Positions 57,889 to 64,000 of a stretch of DNA of 64,000 bases are shown here, one piece after another. This DNA comes from an uncultured Gammaproteobacteria bacterium (GTDB lineage Bacteria; Pseudomonadota; Gammaproteobacteria; Pseudomonadales; IMCC2047): the NCBI GenBank assembly GCA_942492345.1, contig CALOEK010000001.1, forward strand, positions 89,758 through 153,757. Direction: 5' to 3'. Under the pieces are notes generated by a model that had not been told where the DNA came from, made no database searches, and saw only the letters and a program-made list of their open reading frames with translations. Each line of letters starts with the position of its first letter. Position 1 is the stretch's first letter. A program made the translations under genes and the position numbers.

Positions 57889-58647
57889 CTATTGTCCCGA
57901 GATGGGGCGACCATCTAACTCACCCTCAGTCATCACCACCTCGTAGTTCTTTCCCTTTTCCTGTTGCTTGACTTTAACCAGCAGGTAATCCCAGTCCTTG
58001 GCGAGCCATAGTGTTGTTTTACGGTTGCTGTCGGCGCCGCGATCACGTTGGATTTTGAGGGTTTCAAGCTTGCCAACAGGGGTGTCGAGTAGCTCTGAGC
58101 CAAGCAGAATAAAGCCGTACTCTTTGAGTTTACGCTTTTCCGCAACAGTATAAACGCCAGGCTCTTGTCCGTTGAGTAAATCCTGGCGGAGTTTTAATTG
58201 ATAGGTTAGTTTATCGAAGGTGTTGGCTGGGATGTCTAGCGTGCCAGCGGGTTTATTGGTTGTGTGATGGACCTGTAGTTTTCTCCAGTCGAACGCTAAT
58301 AACTCAGCCTTCTTTTTGCTGACGCTGTTTTGTTCGAGCTGATAGGTCTGTGGTTTGGGTTGCTGTTGTTGCCAGTCAAACAGGCTGGTTTCTTTGAGGG
58401 TCAGCATTGAGGCGTCGACGGTATGAGATAACAACCACTGGCCGTTTTCCTGTTGTTTTAATTCACGAATGGCTGTGCCTTCAACGGGTAGAAAAAATTC
58501 GTAGCTGACATGATAAACGACGCGATAGGGTTTGAGTAAGTCAGGAGTGCTTCTGGTTTGTTCGCTGGGATTACCGCCTGCAAAGCTGCTGCCAATAATG
58601 GAGAGGCAGCCCAGTGTCAGGGCCATTTTTTTTAACAAAGAGGGCAT
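57889..58647 (-). CDS. DUF3108-family periplasmic protein
   Basis: The ATG at 58647 gives signal peptide MPSLLKKMALTLGCLSIIGSSFAG. The longer ORF would overlap purN. The position downstream of purN is typical of this family. Confidence 0.7.
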   Translation of the reverse strand: MPSLLKKMALTLGCLSIIGSSFAGGNPSEQTRSTPDLLKPYRVVYHVSYEFFLPVEGTAIRELKQQENGQWLLSHTVDASMLTLKETSLFDWQQQQPKPQTYQLEQNSVSKKKAELLAFDWRKLQVHHTTNKPAGTLDIPANTFDKLTYQLKLRQDLLNGQEPGVYTVAEKRKLKEYGFILLGSELLDTPVGKLETLKIQRDRGADSNRKTTLWLAKDWDYLLVKVKQQEKGKNYEVVMTEGELDGRPISGQ

Positions 58648-58666
58648 AAGAAGTGAGTCCAAAAAA

Positions 58667-59320
58667 TTAGTCGCTGGTTTGATGACCGTTGGGTGGCAAT
58701 AGTTCCCCGTCCAGGTACACCTGATTTTCTTCAAAGCGGATTTTTTCTTCGGCAATCCAGCGTACCGACTGCGGATAAATTTTGTGTTCCCACGTTAATA
58801 CACGTGCAGCGAGCTCACTGGCTGTATCATTGGGAAGAACAGCAACTTTGGCCTGCAAAATAACCGGGCCAGCATCCAGTTCCGGGATGACATAATGCAC
58901 GCTGGCACCGTGATACGATTCACCGGCATCAATAGCGCGCTGATGGGTATCAAGACCAGGGTAGTTGGGTAACAGGGCGGGATGGATGTTGATCATGCGG
59001 CCTAGGTAATGCGTGACAAACCCTGGCGTGAGAATGCGCATAAAGCCGGCCAGTACCACTAAATCGGGTTGCCAGTTATCGATGGCCTCAACCATGGCTT
59101 GGTCAAACTGTTCTCGACCATCAAAGTCATGGTGATCAATGATAACCTGTTCGATACCCGCGCGTTCTGCATGTTTCAGGCCGCCAGCGTCTGGGCGATT
59201 GCAAAGTACACCAACGATTTTGTAGGGTGCATTGGGACGTTGGGAGTCTTGAACCAAGGCTTGTAAGTTGCTGCCGCCACCGGAAATTAGTACTACGACA
59301 TTTAGCGGATGTTGGCTCAT
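58667..59320 (-). CDS. purN: Phosphoribosylglycinamide formyltransferase
   Basis: 217 aa with VVLISGGGSNLQAL, LVVLAGFMRIL, INIHPALLP and GASVHYV. Confidence 0.95.
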   Translation of the reverse strand: MSQHPLNVVVLISGGGSNLQALVQDSQRPNAPYKIVGVLCNRPDAGGLKHAERAGIEQVIIDHHDFDGREQFDQAMVEAIDNWQPDLVVLAGFMRILTPGFVTHYLGRMINIHPALLPNYPGLDTHQRAIDAGESYHGASVHYVIPELDAGPVILQAKVAVLPNDTASELAARVLTWEHKIYPQSVRWIAEEKIRFEENQVYLDGELLPPNGHQTSD

Positions 59321-59623
59321 AGTTGGAGTTTCCTGGGGTTTCTGGTGTTGGTCGGGTTAGGTGCTATGGGCAGGAATTATTGCTAAGACATGCGGTCGCT
59401 ATAGTAACTTAGCCGGATGTTGTAAATCTATCTGCGGCGCGGTTGGGGTGCTAAAAAGTCGGATTAATTCGAATGGATATTTGGCTAACAGGGAGCGTGA
59501 GACTTAATTAACGCATAGCCGTGCACTCAACTGGTTATTTTCCATTTACGCCCCTACAATAACGCGGTTGTGTTTATACCTACTTTTAATACGAGGAAGA
59601 GTGATTTGACTCTGCCATTGAGA

Positions 59624-60700
59624 ATGACAGATCGACCGATTGGAAATGGTTATATCGCCGCATTGTTAGGCGTGCTGTTGCTGTGTTTGGCAACGACTGC
59701 TAAGGCGGTGGAAGTATCCGGGCTTTATCGTGTTGAGCTGCCGGTTGAGTCGCAGAGTCAAAATGAGCGTCAGCGTGTTAGCGGCGTTGCGCTCGAGCGT
59801 GTTATTCAGCGTATTACGGGTGATACGGTTGCCTTCAATGAGCCAGCCGTTCAAGTAGCACTAAAAACTTCAGAACGTTATTTACGACAGTTTAGTTATT
59901 TTCAGAGTGACAGTGGTGATCAGCAATTTTTGAGATTGATGTTTGATCAAGCATTGGTGAACCGTTTGTTGCGACAAACCAAACAGCCTATTTGGGGTAA
60001 TAATCGCCCTAGTTTGATGGCATGGGTGGCGGTTGAAGGGGCCGGTGAACGCTATCTGCTCAATGCCGGGGAAGACAATATTTGGCAGCGCGCCGTTAAG
60101 CAGGCCGGGCAGGACAGTGGTGTGCCGATTCTGTTGCCGTTAATGGATTTGCAGGATGAAACTGCTATCTCCGTGATGGATGTTTGGGGATTGTTTCGCA
60201 GTAAGCTTGAGCAGGCGTCATTGCGTTATCGTTCGGAAGCTGTGCTAGGTGGGCGGCTCTATCAACAAGCACCTGGAAAGTGGGCCGGACGTTGGTTACT
60301 GGTGTTTAATGGTGAGGCTGTCAGCTTTACTACATCACCGACAGCGATGGAAAATTCAGCCTCTGAAGCGCTGGCTCAGGTTGCAAAAATCATGGTTAAG
60401 CGATATGCCATTGATACAACTGCGCAGGATGCCAGAGAAATTAAGTTGGCCGTGCAGGGCGTTAAAACTTTGCAAGATTATGCGCGAGTGCAGGCATATC
60501 TGAAGGGCTTTTCTATGGTACACGATGTGGCCGTGAGCCACGTTGAGGGTGAGCGTTTAACGTTAGTTTTAAGTACTGAAGGTGAATGGTCAAAATTAAA
60601 GAGTTTGATTGCGCTGGATAAGCAGTTGCAGCCAATGCCTGATGCGCCCGCGGAGTTTGCGGATGGTTTGATGGTCATTCCTTATCTGTGGCGTCCCTGA
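59624..60700 (+). CDS. DUF2066-family secreted protein
   Basis: Signal peptide IAALLGVLLLCLATTAKA. The start is uncertain: ATG at 59624, or the TTG at 59606 that lies 5 nt after AGGAAGA. Confidence 0.7.
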   Translation: MTDRPIGNGYIAALLGVLLLCLATTAKAVEVSGLYRVELPVESQSQNERQRVSGVALERVIQRITGDTVAFNEPAVQVALKTSERYLRQFSYFQSDSGDQQFLRLMFDQALVNRLLRQTKQPIWGNNRPSLMAWVAVEGAGERYLLNAGEDNIWQRAVKQAGQDSGVPILLPLMDLQDETAISVMDVWGLFRSKLEQASLRYRSEAVLGGRLYQQAPGKWAGRWLLVFNGEAVSFTTSPTAMENSASEALAQVAKIMVKRYAIDTTAQDAREIKLAVQGVKTLQDYARVQAYLKGFSMVHDVAVSHVEGERLTLVLSTEGEWSKLKSLIALDKQLQPMPDAPAEFADGLMVIPYLWRP

Positions 60701-60726
60701 ACGCGTAAATTGAAGCGAGAGTAGTT

Positions 60727-61287
60727 TTGGATTTAAGTGTTATCCCTAATCTGATTACCTTGATGCGGTTGCTATTGGTGGTGCCGGTGGCGGTGGCTAT
60801 TCTCAGTAATGAGTTTGTGCTGACTCTGATTCTGTTTGCCGTTGCCAGTGTGTCGGATGGTGTCGATGGTTATCTGGCTCGTCGTTTTGACTGGACCAGT
60901 CGCTTTGGTGCGATTCTTGACCCGATCGCCGATAAGCTCATGTTGATCGTGTCTTTTTTCCTGCTGACCTATATCGGTATTTTCCCAATGTGGCTGGCGG
61001 CTGTGGTGATTGGCCGGGATTTGATTATTGTCGCCGGAGCAGCGGCTTACCATATCCTGTTTGGTGAATATGATTTTTTACCCTCACGCATCGGTAAACT
61101 CAGTACCTTGTTACAGTTTTGTTTGGTGTTGCTAGGATTGGTAGGGTTAGCTGTTTTTCAGATAGATGCCTGGGTGTTGGAAATGGGCGTTTGGTTGGTA
61201 TTTGCCGTCAGTTCCCTTAGTGGTCTGGATTACTGTTTTACCTGGGGGCGTAAGGCCATTGCTGCCAGTCGTCGTAAGTCTTTATGA
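60727..61287 (+). CDS. CDP-alcohol phosphatidyltransferase-family protein
   Basis: 186 aa with motif DGVDGYLARRFDWTSRFGAILDPIADKL. TTG start. The stop overlaps the hda start. Confidence 0.85.
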   Translation: MDLSVIPNLITLMRLLLVVPVAVAILSNEFVLTLILFAVASVSDGVDGYLARRFDWTSRFGAILDPIADKLMLIVSFFLLTYIGIFPMWLAAVVIGRDLIIVAGAAAYHILFGEYDFLPSRIGKLSTLLQFCLVLLGLVGLAVFQIDAWVLEMGVWLVFAVSSLSGLDYCFTWGRKAIAASRRKSL

Positions 61288-61988
61288 TGAATGCGGCACA
61301 CCCTCAAATTCCTTTCAGTTTTCGGCTGCTGGAACTCTTCACCTTCGATAATTTTGTGGTGGGTAGTAATCAGGTTATTGTGCAGCAGTTGCAGCAGCAG
61401 CTGACGCCAACGGGCGACCCGCTGGTTTATTTATGGGGAGTTGAGGGTGCAGGCTGCAGTCATTTGCTACAGGCAGCTTGTCAGCAAGCAACCGCGCAAC
61501 AGAAAACGGCAATTTACCTGCCGATGAATGAAATCCGCAACTTTGATCCGGCGATGCTGCAGGGTGTTGAAGGTGTGGATTTGATTTGTATTGATCATCT
61601 ACAGGCAGTTGTTGGTGAGGTTGAGTGGGAAGAGGCACTTTTTCACCTGTTTAATCGCGTATTACAACAACAGTCTGCCTTACTCGTGGGCGCGACACAG
61701 CCGCCTCGTGGTATCGGTATTCAGTTACCGGATTTACTGTCGCGGCTGGCATCCTGTGCGGTGTTTCAGGTTAGTCCTCTGAATGATGAGGAGAAAACAG
61801 TTCTGTTGCAGGAGAAGGCGGCTGAAAAGGGGATTGAGTTATCTGCTGAGGCGGCACACTATATTCTCAACCGCAGTGAGCGCAGCACTGGGCGATTACT
61901 CGATATTTTGGATCGGCTCGATCATTCATCACTGTCGGCGGGCCGAAAACTGACAATTCCTTTCATTAAAGAAAGTATGAGCTGGTAG
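61284..61988 (+). CDS. hda: DnaA regulatory inactivator Hda
   Basis: 234 aa. N-terminal clamp-binding-type motif QIPFSF, then an AAA+ core with LYLWGVEGAGCSHLLQA. Size and neighbourhood fit Hda. Confidence 0.85.
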   Translation: MMNAAHPQIPFSFRLLELFTFDNFVVGSNQVIVQQLQQQLTPTGDPLVYLWGVEGAGCSHLLQAACQQATAQQKTAIYLPMNEIRNFDPAMLQGVEGVDLICIDHLQAVVGEVEWEEALFHLFNRVLQQQSALLVGATQPPRGIGIQLPDLLSRLASCAVFQVSPLNDEEKTVLLQEKAAEKGIELSAEAAHYILNRSERSTGRLLDILDRLDHSSLSAGRKLTIPFIKESMSW

Positions 61989-62095
61989 TCAACGTTCTTT
62001 TGCCTAACGACGATTAAAGTGCGGCAAAGCAGCTTGATATATTGCCATGTCGAGTCCAATATTAGCGGAAGCATAATTCTTCAAGGGGAGCAAGG

Positions 62096-62437
62096 ATGTC
62101 AGCGGAACGTCGTGGGGATCTCAGGGGAGCCAGAGAAGAACGTTTATTCGTTAAAGTGCTTTCTTCAAGTGCCGAGGCGCCGGATCTCGAATCAATAATT
62201 TTTTCCGGTTCGACGGAAGATGTGTCTGCCAGTGGTTTGTCTTTGGTGGCATCGGAAAATTTACCCAAGGACAGCGAGCTGGAGCTGTGGGTAGAAATCA
62301 AAGGATGTCCTGGTAAGTTTCTGCTGACCGGTATTGTGCGCTGGTGTTGTTCACGCGGTTCTGATTTTTGTTGTGGTGTTGAATTTACCCCTGAAGCTGA
62401 ATCTGATTTTAATGAGTGGCAGGATTTGTTTATCTAA
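62096..62437 (+). CDS. PilZ-domain (c-di-GMP-binding type) protein
   Basis: 113 aa with RxxxR (RGDLR) and DxSxxG (DVSASG) motifs. An SD (AAGGGGA) lies upstream. Confidence 0.8.
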   Translation: MSAERRGDLRGAREERLFVKVLSSSAEAPDLESIIFSGSTEDVSASGLSLVASENLPKDSELELWVEIKGCPGKFLLTGIVRWCCSRGSDFCCGVEFTPEAESDFNEWQDLFI

Positions 62438-62557
62438 CGATATGTAGGTTTGCGTTACCCCTCTCTAGTTGCATCGCCGAGCCGCGGATGCTGTGTTACC
62501 TCCTTTAGAAATCGTTCTTTTTTGTATCTTATTGATGTATCAATATTAGGAGTTTTT

Positions 62558-63577
62558 ATGTTGAAACGGTCAGCCTGTTTGGCTGTGTGTTTGAGTGCGT
62601 CTTCGTTGGTGTTGGCGGATCAAGTGGTGCTGAATAATGGTGATATCCTGCAGGGTAAAATTGTTTCGATGGCCGACGGCCAGATGCTGTTCCATTCACC
62701 AGTGCTCGGTAAGCTGAAGATTGCCATGAGTAAGCTTCAAAATTTTAGTACTGACAAGCCTATTAAGTTACAACTTGTGGATGGTTTGTTGATTGAGTCT
62801 CGGTTGAATTCCTCGGCATCGGGTTTTGTTGAACTGAGTGATATTGAAACGCCGCAAACATTGGCAGTGGATCAAATTAGAGGTATCAACCTAGCGCCAG
62901 AAAAACCTGTGAAGTGGACAGGTAAGCTGTTTGCTGGCGTCAATGTGCAAACCGGCAATACTAAAACGCAGGACGTGGATCTTGATGTCAAGGCGATCCG
63001 TGAGACTAAAGGCGACCGGGTTATTCTTGATGCCCGTTACGAAGAGGAGCGTAGTGAAGATAGTATCAGTGGCGACCTCACCACAGATAAACGCTATTAC
63101 ACGCTGGGAGGTCACTATGACTATTTTATCAGTGAGCGGGTTTATCTCTACGGCGATGGGCGAACTGAAAAAGAAACAACGGCCAATCTCGATCAGCGTA
63201 TTAAACTGGGTGTTGGTAGTGGTTATCGTTGGGTTGAGACCAGTCGTACACGCTTTGAGGTTGAGGGCGGTCTAAGCTGGGTAAGCGAAGCATTTACCAA
63301 TAACAGTGCGGATGAATCGTATACGGCGTTACGTGCCGCAACCCGGTTGACTCATGACCTGACGTCCGATATTGATTTCTTTAATGATGCCGAATGGTTG
63401 GCGAGCTTACAGAACAGCGAAGATCAGTTGTTTTCAATGGATACCGGCCTTGCTTATCAGATCAACGGCCATCTTTCATTGGAAGCGAAGTTTCACTATG
63501 ACTGGGATAAGTCGCCCTCAGAGGGCAATAAAAAGGAAGATTCGCGCTATGTGTTTGGGGTGAGCTGGGGCTTTTAA
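62558..63577 (+). CDS. DUF481-family outer-membrane beta-barrel protein (YdiY-like)
   Basis: The ATG at 62558, 5 nt after AGGAG, gives signal peptide MLKRSACLAVCLSASSLVLA. The C-terminal two thirds have an alternating beta-strand pattern ending in ...YVFGVSWGF. Confidence 0.75.
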   Translation: MLKRSACLAVCLSASSLVLADQVVLNNGDILQGKIVSMADGQMLFHSPVLGKLKIAMSKLQNFSTDKPIKLQLVDGLLIESRLNSSASGFVELSDIETPQTLAVDQIRGINLAPEKPVKWTGKLFAGVNVQTGNTKTQDVDLDVKAIRETKGDRVILDARYEEERSEDSISGDLTTDKRYYTLGGHYDYFISERVYLYGDGRTEKETTANLDQRIKLGVGSGYRWVETSRTRFEVEGGLSWVSEAFTNNSADESYTALRAATRLTHDLTSDIDFFNDAEWLASLQNSEDQLFSMDTGLAYQINGHLSLEAKFHYDWDKSPSEGNKKEDSRYVFGVSWGF

Positions 63578-63598
63578 TCGGCAGCAATTCTTGCGTCA

Positions 63599-63645
63599 TA
63601 AAAAAGCCGGGTTGTCTGATAACGTCAGATTGGCCGGTTTTTTTA
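63599..63645. terminator. Bidirectional terminator between the convergent DUF481 gene and ttcA
   Basis: A-run, then the composite hairpin AGCCGG..TCTGA-TAACG-TCAGA..CCGGTT, then T8. Confidence 0.7.
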
Positions 63646-63664
63646 TGACTGAAAATTGCACTAA

Positions 63665-64000
63665 TTACTGGATGTTTATCGCCAGTAAACGATCATTTTT
63701 TTCGAACGCATCCTGCGGCTCAACCTGCAGACTTTCGAAGTCAAACAGGTCTCGGTCAGCCAGCTGCGAGGGGGCAACGTTTTGAATGCTTTTGAAGACG
63801 ACATCCAGCCGCCCGGGATGCTGTTTATCCCAGCTTTGTAGCATGTCTTTAATGACTTGGCGCTGTAGCCCATCCTGCGAGCCACAGAGGTTGCAAGGGA
63901 TAATGGGGAATTCTTTAAGATCTGAAAATGCTTGAATGTCTGACTCTTTACAGTAGGCTAGCGGGCGAATCAGGACGTTCTTTTTGTCGTCACTGAGTAG
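63665..64000 (-). CDS. ttcA: tRNA 2-thiocytidine biosynthesis protein TtcA, 3' end only (gene continues beyond the window)
   Basis: This gene is absent from the ORF track because there is no start codon in the window. The minus-strand frame is open from 64000 to the TAA at 63667-63665. It reads ...[44 protein letters not shown]..., the TtcA C-terminal CxxC region. Confidence 0.85.
   Translation of the reverse strand, partial: LLSDDKKNVLIRPLAYCKESDIQAFSDLKEFPIIPCNLCGSQDGLQRQVIKDMLQSWDKQHPGRLDVVFKSIQNVAPSQLADRDLFDFESLQVEPQDAFEKNDRLLAINIQ

Noticed and set aside
1-64000. Mobile elements, prophage, CRISPR arrays, and tRNA or rRNA genes
   Set aside because: No ORF resembles a transposase, integrase, recombinase, phage structural protein or Cas protein. 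No regularly spaced short repeats were seen. No cloverleaf-like or rRNA-like sequence was noticed in the intergenic regions. The scan was by eye only, so small RNAs could be missed.

Overview
This 64-kb window looks like a gammaproteobacterial chromosome segment. The evidence is conserved housekeeping gene order: rnfABCDGE-nth, metG divergent from apbC, tesA divergent from ybbA-ybbP, and purN-DUF3108 divergent from DUF2066-(CDP-alcohol transferase)-hda. No rRNA, tRNA, CRISPR array, transposase or integrase was found.

The window has three parts.

(1) About 1.7-28 kb is a visibly AT-rich polysaccharide biosynthesis locus. It holds glycosyltransferases, a Wzx-type flippase, KpsF plus a Kdo-transferase-like gene, a deacetylase, an AsnB-like enzyme, a DegT aminotransferase, a methyltransferase, and lyase/heparinase-like enzymes. 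It also carries the families normally linked to exosortase A (XrtA)/PEP-CTERM systems: ACP, hydrolase 2, hydrolase 1, AMP-forming acyl-CoA ligase and PLP decarboxylase. No exosortase, PEP-CTERM protein or export machinery is in the window.

(2) 29.3-32.5 kb is the most unusual element. A Tat-signal, Cys-rich protein is followed by three translationally coupled genes: PqqD-like, HPr-kinase-like and nucleotidyltransferase. This looks like an uncharacterised substrate-directed modification system.

(3) 32.5-64 kb is housekeeping: tesA, ybbAP, acs, yigZ, an SMR pump, a GlxA/AraC regulator divergent from a FabY-type ketosynthase, mnmC, the rnf operon, metG, apbC, dcd, purN, hda, a PilZ protein, a DUF481 outer-membrane protein and the 3' end of ttcA.

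Non-coding highlights:
- Two diverged ~250-bp direct repeats, each with three DnaA-box consensus sites, bracket a two-gene unit.
- A secreted propeller gene is broken at a T7/U_UUU_UUG tract.
- A 700-bp gene-less, hairpin-dense region lies between dcd and the DUF3108 gene.
- rnfC has an eight-fold repeat in its 3' part.

All family assignments come from motif recognition by eye. No searches were run.
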